Translations under genes and position numbers: made by a program | The notes under the pieces: model-generated | What the model was told of the DNA's origin: nothing | Databases searched by the model: none | Seen by the model: the letters and a program-made list of their open reading frames with translations, nothing else | Shown here: piece by piece, positions 8,157 through 15,062 of the stretch | Layout: every line of letters begins with the position of its first letter | Numbering within the stretch: the first letter of the stretch is position 1 | Origin: an uncultured Clostridia bacterium | GTDB taxonomy: Bacteria > Bacillota > Clostridia > TANB77 > RGIG9151 | Assembly: GCA_934500865.1 (NCBI GenBank) | Contig: CAKSUD010000037.1 | Location: forward strand, 1 to 15,320 | Length of the DNA stretch: 15,320 bases | Direction: 5' to 3'

Positions 8157-9095
8157 TTGGGTGTTGAAAATGTTTCTATGCTAAATGATATTGTAAGACA
8201 AGGCAAAATGGATGAATATATGAGAATTGCTGAGGCTCTTCAAGAAAAGAAGTATGGCGTAATTGCAGATAAGATAAAGGATGACCCTAGAAAGAAAATT
8301 GTACTTATTGCTGGCCCGTCGTCATCCGGTAAAACTACTTCATCACACAGATTAGCAATTCAACTTATGGTTAATGGAATTAAAGCTGTGCCGATAGCTC
8401 TTGATGATTATTTTGTTGATAGAAAGCATACTCCGATAGGTGAGGATGGAAAGCCTGATTTTGAGAGTTTATATGCTGTTGATTTGAAGTTATTTAATGA
8501 GCATTTGACAAGGTTACTTGCAGGAGAGGAAGTTGAGCTACCTACTTTTGATTTTGTAACCGGAACAAGACATTACAATGGTAGAAAGATAAAATTAGAA
8601 GAGAATGAAGTTTTAATTTTTGAGGGAATACATGCATTAAACGAAGAACTTACAAAGGAAATACCAAGAGAGAATAAGTTTAAGATATATATAAGTGCTT
8701 TGACATCTATAAATATTGATGACCATAATTCTATTCCTACTACTGATGCGAGACTGCTTAGAAGAATGGTTAGAGATTATAAGTATAGGGGTCATTCGCC
8801 TGAAAGAACTTTAGAGCTTTGGGATGCTGTAAGAAGAGGAGAAGAGAGAAATATTTTCCCTTATCAAGAAGAGGCTGACGCTATGTTCAACTCTTCAATG
8901 TTTTATGAGATATGTGTGCTAAAAGTAGTGGCTGAACCACTTCTTAAAGAAATTGGAAAAGATTCTATTTATTATAGCAAGGCTAAGAGCTTACTTGATT
9001 TCTTACAATATTTTGAACCTGTTGGTTCTGAGAGAGTGCCTGAAAATTCTATTATTAGAGAATTTATAGGTGGTAGTTGCTTCCAAGAAGAATAA
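8157..9095 (+). CDS. C-terminal fragment: P-loop uridine kinase/phosphoribulokinase-family domain of the same interrupted gene (frame open from 8073)
   Basis: Walker A IAGPSSSGKTTSS, with LDDYF, LIFEGIHALN and DARLLRRMVRDYKYRG. No convincing RBS precedes TTG 8157 or ATG 8178. The frame reads through 8073-8156 without stops, so this looks like the continuation of 7443..8072. Confidence 0.65.
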   Translation: MGVENVSMLNDIVRQGKMDEYMRIAEALQEKKYGVIADKIKDDPRKKIVLIAGPSSSGKTTSSHRLAIQLMVNGIKAVPIALDDYFVDRKHTPIGEDGKPDFESLYAVDLKLFNEHLTRLLAGEEVELPTFDFVTGTRHYNGRKIKLEENEVLIFEGIHALNEELTKEIPRENKFKIYISALTSINIDDHNSIPTTDARLLRRMVRDYKYRGHSPERTLELWDAVRRGEERNIFPYQEEADAMFNSSMFYEICVLKVVAEPLLKEIGKDSIYYSKAKSLLDFLQYFEPVGSERVPENSIIREFIGGSCFQEE

Positions 9096-9104
9096 TTTGT
9101 TAAG

Positions 9105-9132
9105 AAAAAAGACCACCGAAGTGGTCTTTTTT
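9105..9132. terminator. Bidirectional intrinsic terminator between the convergent kinase and serine-hydrolase genes
   Basis: AAAAAAGACCAC, a CGAA loop, then GTGGTCTTTTTT. The stem is short but GC-containing, with A- and T-tracts on both sides. Confidence 0.7.
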
Positions 9133-9138
9133 AGTTAC

Positions 9139-10434
9139 TTACTTATTCTGAACTAAAGTCAAGTCTTTCATGATTTCGTCAAGTCCTTTAGCGAGAGAGG
9201 TAAGTAGTTGGTTATTAATTGATTGGTTATACGTCGTTGTCATAATAGTCATAATGTAGTCGTTTGTTGCAAATTCTGCATTAGGATTAGAGTCGCCAAA
9301 GATGATGGCAGAATCGTGGTAGCCTTTTGCATTGAAACCGGACTTGTGTGCGACTTTCGTGTAAGTTCCCAAACCGTCTTTTATGAAGTTATACTGTGCA
9401 TTTACTAAGGTGTCCATAAACAATTCACCTTCAGAACAAGTGAATGAGAAATTATAAATTTCATTCCAAAGAACCGAAAGGTCATGAGGTGTTACGTTTG
9501 CCCAAGCTCTATAAGGGTCAGGTGTTGTACAACCGAGCGAGTTCAACATTTCTTTATAACCTTCGCAGCCACCCATAGCTCTAAGCATATAATAGCCGGT
9601 GTTATCAGAAATGTCGATAGTCTGATGGAGAATATTCTTGAGTGACCAAAGAGTGCCGGGTTTGGAGTACTTAATCGTACCACAGCTTATTTCCCAATAA
9701 CATTCTTGGTAAGCCATAGTAGTATCAAGGGTAAAACGCTTGTTGTTGATTTCCTTGTACATATATAGCGAATAAGGAGCTTTGAGGACACTTGCTGGTG
9801 AAAATTCATCATCAGCATTGTAGGAAACGGTGGTATAGTCCTTTAGCGAAATAGTAGTGAAACTTGCTCTAATACCATAAGTTTTCTTATAGTAGCTAAG
9901 CGTGTCATATATTTTTTTCGCCATTTCTTCGGGAATAGTATAAGTCTCGTTGTTATTTACTGTAATGGTATCTCTCTGGTATGTGTCGTCTCTAATAATG
10001 GCATGACCAAGGTCACGAGTAGGAGTAACCTTAATTAAGCATTTTACTTCGAGTTCGGTTCCTTCTGCGGTGCCATAGATATAAAAATCTTTGGCAAACT
10101 GATAAGAATACTTACTAATTGGTTTCCATTTAACATTCACACGCTTTTTTGAGCCATCATCATAATTGACCATAACTTGGGTTGGAATATAAGGAACACT
10201 ACCTTGATTTATAGTTTTTGTTGGATTGTCAACAGAAACCGGTTTGGGTTCTTTGACTACATTGGAAGTTTCTTCAGACTCGGTTTCGGGTTCAGGGTCA
10301 TTTGCTACACTGGAAGTTTCTTCAGGTTCGGTTTCGGGTTCAGGGTCATTTGCCATTACGCAAGTGGCAAATGTGCATACTAGAACGATGCTACAAAGGA
10401 TGAACGCGATGAGACATTTGAAAAACTTCTTCAT
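9139..10434 (-). CDS. Secreted multidomain protein: signal peptide, acidic Pro/Glu repeats, an Ig-like domain and a class-A-beta-lactamase-fold serine hydrolase domain
   Basis: Signal peptide MKKFFKCLIAFILCSIVLVCTFATCVMA. ANDPEPETE(P/S)EETS(S/N)V occurs twice. VMVNYDDGSKKRVNVKW is the pattern of bacterial Ig-like repeats. The catalytic-type motifs are S215-V-L-K, S276-D-N (61 residues later, against 60 in class A enzymes) and K364-S-G. GGAGG lies 7 nt before the ATG. Confidence 0.7.
   Translation of the reverse strand: MKKFFKCLIAFILCSIVLVCTFATCVMANDPEPETEPEETSSVANDPEPETESEETSNVVKEPKPVSVDNPTKTINQGSVPYIPTQVMVNYDDGSKKRVNVKWKPISKYSYQFAKDFYIYGTAEGTELEVKCLIKVTPTRDLGHAIIRDDTYQRDTITVNNNETYTIPEEMAKKIYDTLSYYKKTYGIRASFTTISLKDYTTVSYNADDEFSPASVLKAPYSLYMYKEINNKRFTLDTTMAYQECYWEISCGTIKYSKPGTLWSLKNILHQTIDISDNTGYYMLRAMGGCEGYKEMLNSLGCTTPDPYRAWANVTPHDLSVLWNEIYNFSFTCSEGELFMDTLVNAQYNFIKDGLGTYTKVAHKSGFNAKGYHDSAIIFGDSNPNAEFATNDYIMTIMTTTYNQSINNQLLTSLAKGLDEIMKDLTLVQNK
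10263..10358. repeat. Tandem direct repeat, 2 x 48 bp (about 42/48 identical), encoding the ANDPEPETExEETSxV duplication
   Basis: Units 10263-10310 and 10311-10358 align with 6 mismatches by hand comparison. The repeat is in frame inside CDS 9139..10434. Confidence 0.85.
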
Positions 10435-10491
10435 AAAATTTCCTCCATTAAAAAATAATTATGGATAAATATAAAGTTGCTTACGAATGAG

Positions 10492-10520
10492 ATTATACTA
10501 CATGTGGTAAAGAATGTCAA
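10492..10520 (-). promoter_or_regulatory. Consensus sigma-A promoter of the serine-hydrolase gene
   Basis: On the minus strand: TTGACA (rc of 10515-10520), a 17-nt spacer, then TATAAT (rc of 10492-10497). Both hexamers are perfect, about 55 nt upstream of the ATG. Confidence 0.65.
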
Positions 10521-10620
10521 CATAAATAAATTATTGTAAACACCAATAAAAAATAATCGCGGTATTGTATAATATTATTTTTTGGTGTATAATTAATAAA
10601 TGTTGAAGGTGGTGAAAAAA

Positions 10621-11088
10621 GTGCCTAATTATCCTATTAAAAAAATTGCTTCTAATAAGAAAGCATATCACGATTATTTTATTAATGATACGTTTGAAGC
10701 CGGAATAGAGCTTACAGGTACTGAAATAAAATCAATTAAAATGGGAAATGTTAATTTAAAAGATAGTTATGCATATATAGATAAAGGTGAAATGTTTATT
10801 AGCAGTATGCATATAAGTCCTTATGAAAAAGGAAATATTTTTAATGTAGATCCTATTCGAAAACGTAGATTGCTTGTTACTAAAAAGGAGATTAATAAGT
10901 TAATAGGTTTGATAAAAAGAGAAGGCATAACACTTGTACCAACAGAACTATATTTAAAAGGTAAATGGGCAAAGCTAACCATTGGCATTGGAAAGGGTAA
11001 GAAATTATATGACAAACGTCAAGATATAGCTAAAAAAAGTGCTCAAAAGGAAATGGCTATGAGATTCAAAGAAAAGAATCAAGCATAG
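10621..11088 (+). CDS. smpB: SsrA-binding protein SmpB
   Basis: [13 protein letters not shown]...[18 protein letters not shown]...PYEKGN...DP.RKRRLL..KKEINKL...[32 protein letters not shown] is collinear with B. subtilis SmpB. GTG 10621 follows AAGGTGGTGA; the listed ATG 10600 lacks an RBS. The gene lies directly upstream of ssrA. Confidence 0.93.
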   Translation: MPNYPIKKIASNKKAYHDYFINDTFEAGIELTGTEIKSIKMGNVNLKDSYAYIDKGEMFISSMHISPYEKGNIFNVDPIRKRRLLVTKKEINKLIGLIKREGITLVPTELYLKGKWAKLTIGIGKGKKLYDKRQDIAKKSAQKEMAMRFKEKNQA

Positions 11089-11093
11089 AATAT

Positions 11094-11445
11094 GGGGGCG
11101 TAAAGGTATCGACATTTATTTTGAAGTATAGGTAGCGAGTAGTGGGTCCTGCTGGCCACTTAAAAAAGCGGGAAATTAAAATTAAACGCTAATAATAACG
11201 AATTAGCTTTAGCTGCCTAAGTGCGGCTACGTCGACCTAAGAGTGTCACCGGCTTAGAGTTCGGCGTCGACAGGTGACCACGAAGTCAACAAAGCTTTGA
11301 GTTGAGGGGTATTTTATGAAGCTACTGAAACTATTAGCCTGTTTGTAGGCGAATAGCAGAGGGAATGTAAAACTACAAACTGCACTCGGAGAAGCTTATA
11401 TGGATAGGTTTATGGACAGGAGTTCGATTCTCCTCGCCTCCACCA
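11094..11445 (+). ncRNA. ssrA: tmRNA (SsrA), about 352 nt
   Basis: The 5' GGGGGCG pairs with the 3' CGCCTCC-ACCA, including the G3-U wobble that is the alanine identity element. A T-arm-like GGAGTTCGATTCTCC is present. An internal tag frame GCT AAT AAT AAC GAA TTA GCT TTA GCT GCC TAA (11188-11220) reads ANNNELALAA-stop. Confidence 0.93.
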
Positions 11446-11449
11446 AAAG

Positions 11450-11498
11450 AAACAAACAAGAAATCCTTATTTTTATGGGTTTCTTGTTTGTTTTTTTT
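11450..11498 (+). terminator. Intrinsic terminator after ssrA
   Basis: AAACAAACAAGAAA (about 11450-11463) pairs with TTTCTTGTTTGTTT (11480-11493) and is followed by a T-run. Confidence 0.75.
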
Positions 11499-11564
11499 AA
11501 GCTAGTGAAAATATATATGTAGCCTTTTGACTATAAATCTAGGATTATTGCACTTAGTTAAATA

Positions 11565-11593
11565 TTGACAGTAGCTACATTAAAACATATAAT
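11565..11593 (+). promoter_or_regulatory. Perfect-consensus sigma-A promoter of trpS
   Basis: TTGACA (11565-11570), a 17-nt spacer, then TATAAT (11588-11593). The predicted leader to ATG 11631 is only about 30 nt. Confidence 0.65.
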
Positions 11594-11630
11594 ATATCCA
11601 TGAGTTTTTGTGTAGTTGGGAGGAAGTATT

Positions 11631-12692
11631 ATGAAGAGAGTAATTTTGACCGGGGACCGTCCGACAGGTAGACTACATGTTGGCCACTATGTTGGTTCAT
11701 TAAAAGAAAGAGTTAAACTACAAAATTCCGGTAGTTATGATGATATATATATTATGATTGCTGATGCTCAAGCTTTAACTGATAATGCTGAGCATCCTGA
11801 AAAAGTACGTCAAAACATTATGCAAGTGGCATTAGATTACCTCGCTTGTGGAATTGACCCTAAAAGAACATGTGTTTTTATTCAGTCGATGATTCCGGAA
11901 TTAACTGAATTAACATTTTATTATATGAACTTGGTTACTGTTTCACGTGTTCAACGTAATCCAACAGTAAAATCAGAAATAAAGATGAGAAATTTTGAGG
12001 CTAGTATTCCTGTTGGATTTTTCTGTTATCCAATTAGCCAGGCTGCTGACATTACAGCATTCGGTGCTACTGATGTACCGGCTGGCGAGGACCAAATGCC
12101 TATGATAGAGCAAACTCGTGAGATTGTACATAAATTTAATGAGGTTTATGGTGAAACTTTGGTAGAACCTAAAATTGTTTTGCCTTCAAATCAAGCTTGT
12201 TTACGTTTGCCTGGAATCGACGGAAAGGCGAAGATGAGTAAATCTCTTGGAAACTGTATTTACTTATCCGATGAACCGGAGGACATTCAAAAGAAGATTA
12301 TGTCTATGTTTACAGACCCTACTCATTTAAGAAAAGATGACCCAGGTCATACAGAAGGAAATCCGGTATTTATATATTTAGATGCGTTTTGTCAAGACGA
12401 ACATTTTGCCGAATTTTTACCTGAATATGCTAATCTTGATGAACTTAAGGCTCATTATCAAAGAGGCGGACTTGGTGATGTAACTGTAAAGAAGTTTTTA
12501 AATAATGTTATCCAAGAAGAATTACGTCCAATTAGAGAAAGTAGGAAAGAGTGGGAAAAACGCATACCTGAAGTTTATGAGATATTACGTGAAGGAAGCG
12601 AAAAGGCTGAGAAAGTTGCGGCTGAAACATTAAATAATGTTCGTCATTCAATGCGTATAGATTACTTTAACGATAAAAATCTTTTGAAATAG
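11631..12692 (+). CDS. trpS: Tryptophan--tRNA ligase
   Basis: Class I aaRS HIGH-type motif (TGRLHVGHY) and KMSKS (GKAKMSKSLG). Size (353 aa) and overall pattern fit TrpRS. ATG 11631 follows GGGAGGAAG. Confidence 0.88.
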   Translation: MKRVILTGDRPTGRLHVGHYVGSLKERVKLQNSGSYDDIYIMIADAQALTDNAEHPEKVRQNIMQVALDYLACGIDPKRTCVFIQSMIPELTELTFYYMNLVTVSRVQRNPTVKSEIKMRNFEASIPVGFFCYPISQAADITAFGATDVPAGEDQMPMIEQTREIVHKFNEVYGETLVEPKIVLPSNQACLRLPGIDGKAKMSKSLGNCIYLSDEPEDIQKKIMSMFTDPTHLRKDDPGHTEGNPVFIYLDAFCQDEHFAEFLPEYANLDELKAHYQRGGLGDVTVKKFLNNVIQEELRPIRESRKEWEKRIPEVYEILREGSEKAEKVAAETLNNVRHSMRIDYFNDKNLLK

Positions 12693-12737
12693 TTATTAAT
12701 TAATAAGGTATACTATAAAAAAGGAGAGGATTATTTT

Positions 12738-13628
12738 ATGGAAAAGGCAAAAGTTTATTTTATAAAGGAGATTACTCCTGAAAATGTTATTAAGGCATAT
12801 CTCGCTTTAGGTAAGAAATTACCTGGAAAAGTTGCTGTAAAGGTTCACTCCGGAGAGAAAGGAAATCAAAATTATCTTAAGCCTGAATTTATGAAACCAA
12901 TGGTTGAATATGTAAATGGCACAATTGTTGAATGTAATACTGCTTATGGCGGAGAGAGAAATTCTTCTGAAAAACATTTAAAGTTACTTAAGGAAAATGG
13001 TTGGAGTAAATACTTTACAGTTGACCTTATGGATGAGGTAGGACCGGATATGATTTTACCGATAGAAAATGGCCATATGTTAAAGGAAAATTATGTAGGA
13101 AAGAATATGGCTAATTATGATTCAATGTTAGTTTTATCGCATTTTAAAGGTCATCCTATGGGGGGATATGGCGGTGCATTAAAGCAATTGTCAATTGGCT
13201 GTGGTTCATCAGCCGGAAAGACATGGATTCATTCTGCCGGAAAAGAGAAAGACCAAGAAAAGCTTTGGGACAATCTACCTGAACAAGATAAGTTCTTAGA
13301 ATCAATGGCAGACGCTGCTGAATCAGTTGTTAAGTATTTTGATAATAAGGGTGGAATGGCTTTTATCAATGTTATGTGTAATATGAGTGTGGACTGCGAC
13401 TGCTGTGCTGTTGCTGAAGATCCTTGTATGAAAGATATTGGAATACTTGCATCACTAGACCCTATTGCTATTGACCAAGCTTGTATAGATTTAGTAAAAA
13501 ATAGTACAGACCCGGGAAAGGAACATTTCTTAGAGCGAGTTAATTCAAGACATGGTACACATACAATTGATAGTGCAGTGGAGCTTGGGTTTGGTACAAA
13601 AGAGTATGAACTTATAAATTTAGATTAA
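12738..13628 (+). CDS. DUF362-domain protein (putative Fe-S-binding, without the ferredoxin insert)
   Basis: KVYFIKE..., KVHSGEKGN, ECNTAYGG, LSHFKGHPMGGYGGALKQLSIGCGSSAGK..HSAG, a CDCC cluster and ASLDPIAIDQACIDLV all match the remembered DUF362 family pattern. The RBS is AAAGGAGAGG. It lies 45 nt after trpS with no terminator between them. Confidence 0.7.
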   Translation: MEKAKVYFIKEITPENVIKAYLALGKKLPGKVAVKVHSGEKGNQNYLKPEFMKPMVEYVNGTIVECNTAYGGERNSSEKHLKLLKENGWSKYFTVDLMDEVGPDMILPIENGHMLKENYVGKNMANYDSMLVLSHFKGHPMGGYGGALKQLSIGCGSSAGKTWIHSAGKEKDQEKLWDNLPEQDKFLESMADAAESVVKYFDNKGGMAFINVMCNMSVDCDCCAVAEDPCMKDIGILASLDPIAIDQACIDLVKNSTDPGKEHFLERVNSRHGTHTIDSAVELGFGTKEYELINLD

Positions 13629-13643
13629 TAATGTATTTGGAAG

Positions 13644-13681
13644 AGAGGCTGTAAAAACTAAATTTTTACGACCTCTTTTTT
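13644..13681 (+). terminator. Intrinsic terminator after the trpS-DUF362 unit
   Basis: AGAGGCTGTAAAAA pairs with TTTTTACGACCTCT (one mismatch, one G-U) across a CTAAA loop and is followed by TTTTTT. Confidence 0.8.
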
Positions 13682-13693
13682 GATACAAATTTA

Positions 13694-13722
13694 TTGACTT
13701 TAGCGAACATATGTTTTATAAT
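13694..13722 (+). promoter_or_regulatory. Sigma-A promoter with an embedded LexA (Cheo/SOS) box upstream of the Y-family polymerase
   Basis: TTGACT (13694-13699), a 17-nt spacer, then TATAAT (13717-13722). The spacer contains CGAACATATGTTTT (13704-13717), a 12/14 match to the Firmicutes LexA consensus CGAACATATGTTCG. Confidence 0.7.
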
Positions 13723-13739
13723 TCCGTTAGGTGGTATAA

Positions 13740-14960
13740 ATGGAACGGAAAATTTTACATGTTGATGTGAATAATGCTTTTTTAAGTTGGTCTGCAATAG
13801 ATATTTTAAATAATGACGGGGGTATAGATATACGAACAATTCCGTCAGCAGTTGCGGGTGATGAGGAAAGACGTTCGGGAATTATCTTAGCTAAAAGTAT
13901 GAAAGCAAAAGCATGTGGAGTAGTAACCGGTGAAACAATATATCAAGCGAGGAAGAAATGTCCTAATATTAGATTGTTCCCGAGTAATTATAAATTTTAT
14001 AAAGAATGTTCAAATAAGCTATATAACTTGCTTTTAGAATATACGGATAAGATAGAGAGATTTAGTGTTGATGAATGTTTTCTTGATATGACTGAGTTTT
14101 TAGGAAAGAGGAAACTAGAAGATGTTGCAAACGAAATAAATAGACGTGTAAGAGAAGAACTAAAATTTACTGTTAATGTAGGAATTGCAAACAATAAGCT
14201 TTTGGCTAAAATGGCTTCGGATTTTTCAAAACCGGATAAAGTACATACCTTATATAAAGAAGAAATTACTACTAAAATGTGGCCACTTCCTGTTTCAGAT
14301 TTATTTATGCTAGGTAGAAAAACTGTTCCAAAATTAAATAATATCGGAATAAGAACTATAGGGGAACTAGCCAAAACAGATAAGAATAGACTTATAAGAA
14401 TGTTTGGAAAACACGGAAAAATGATGTGGGAATATGCAAACGGAATTGATGAATCGGAAGTGATTTATTTACCAGAGAAACCTAAGGGAATAGGTAACTC
14501 GGTTACTTTGCCGAACGATGTAAATAATAAAGAGGAATTGTATAACATTATTTTTTCTTTAGTTGAGCAAGTGGCATACCGACTTAGACAAGAAGGATTA
14601 AAATCATCTAGTATAAATGTTCAATTAAGGACTAAAGATTTTAGAGATTTTTCGCATCAAGGCAAGCTGGCAATAGCTACCTGTAATACGCAAGATATTG
14701 CTAAAAAAGCTAGGGAGCTACTTGATGAAATGTATAAGAATAATGTGCCTATAAGGCTTGTCGGAGTTAGAGTTGATAAATTAGAAGATAAGGATAAGGG
14801 TCAACTTTCATTGTTTGATAATAAACTAAATGAAAAGCAAAAGAAAATTGATGATACTATTGATTTGCTTAGAAGTAAATATGGATATAGAAGTATAACA
14901 AGGGCTACGGATTTAAATAATGACGTGAAGTTTAAGCCAAAGAGGGATAAGCTTGAATAA
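13740..14960 (+). CDS. dinB: Y-family DNA polymerase (Pol IV/DinB-UmuC class, translesion synthesis)
   Basis: ILHVDVNNAFLS, SVDECFLDMT, VNVGIANNKLLAKMASDFSKPD and LPVSDLFMLGRKT...L...GIRTIGELA are typical Y-family palm/finger and HhH motifs. The SOS box lies upstream. Confidence 0.88.
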   Translation: MERKILHVDVNNAFLSWSAIDILNNDGGIDIRTIPSAVAGDEERRSGIILAKSMKAKACGVVTGETIYQARKKCPNIRLFPSNYKFYKECSNKLYNLLLEYTDKIERFSVDECFLDMTEFLGKRKLEDVANEINRRVREELKFTVNVGIANNKLLAKMASDFSKPDKVHTLYKEEITTKMWPLPVSDLFMLGRKTVPKLNNIGIRTIGELAKTDKNRLIRMFGKHGKMMWEYANGIDESEVIYLPEKPKGIGNSVTLPNDVNNKEELYNIIFSLVEQVAYRLRQEGLKSSSINVQLRTKDFRDFSHQGKLAIATCNTQDIAKKARELLDEMYKNNVPIRLVGVRVDKLEDKDKGQLSLFDNKLNEKQKKIDDTIDLLRSKYGYRSITRATDLNNDVKFKPKRDKLE

Positions 14961-15016
14961 AACTTGCAAATCAAAACATTTTATGTTAATATAGGAACGT
15001 TGGAATTATTGCTTTA

Positions 15017-15038
15017 AAAACAAGTTTTTTCTTGTTTT
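15017..15038 (+). terminator. Weak AT-rich hairpin, possibly the dinB terminator
   Basis: AAAACAAG, a TTTTTT loop, then CTTGTTTT. It has only two G-C pairs and lies 57 nt after the dinB stop. Confidence 0.3.
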
Positions 15039-15062
15039 GGTTGTAAAATTACGGAGGTAAAT

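Noticed and set aside
8071-8184. AAGGAG overlapping the premature TAA as an RBS for re-initiation of the kinase half
   Set aside because: There is no in-frame ATG, GTG or TTG within 5-12 nt. The nearest ATG (8101) is 24 nt away, out of frame, and opens only a 27-codon ORF. The first in-frame starts (TTG 8157, ATG 8178) have no Shine-Dalgarno sequence.
9139-10434. GC content as proof of horizontal transfer of the serine-hydrolase gene
   Set aside because: My hand-sampled 60-nt windows are higher than the immediate neighbours (37-48% against 25-32%). But trpS samples gave 45-48% and an SPFH sample 37%, so the range overlaps native genes. This needs a proper sliding-window and codon-usage computation.
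10534-10594. smpB promoter from the TGTATAAT-like motifs at 10566-10573 and 10586-10593
   Set aside because: The -10-like hexamers exist, but I could not find a -35 element at 16-18 nt spacing; TTGTAA at 10534-10539 is 28 nt away. The region is too AT-rich to call a promoter confidently.
11446-11630. A genomic island, prophage att site or T-box element downstream of ssrA
   Set aside because: There is no integrase and no duplicated tmRNA 3' segment. The spacer is only about 185 nt and is fully accounted for by a terminator and a consensus promoter.
565-14374. Antisense or overlapping ORFs from the track: 565..807-, 719..946-, 1161..1400-, 1611..1817-, 1921..2133-, 2402..2590-, 3409..3684-, 5203..5568-, 9223..9408+, 10177..10383+, 10226..10468+, 10821..11015-, 13997..14374-
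   Set aside because: Each lies opposite or inside a gene with a strong, recognisable product. They lack RBS-plus-start contexts and translate to low-complexity Ile/Phe/Leu/Ser-rich strings, as expected by chance on the antisense strand of AT-rich coding DNA.
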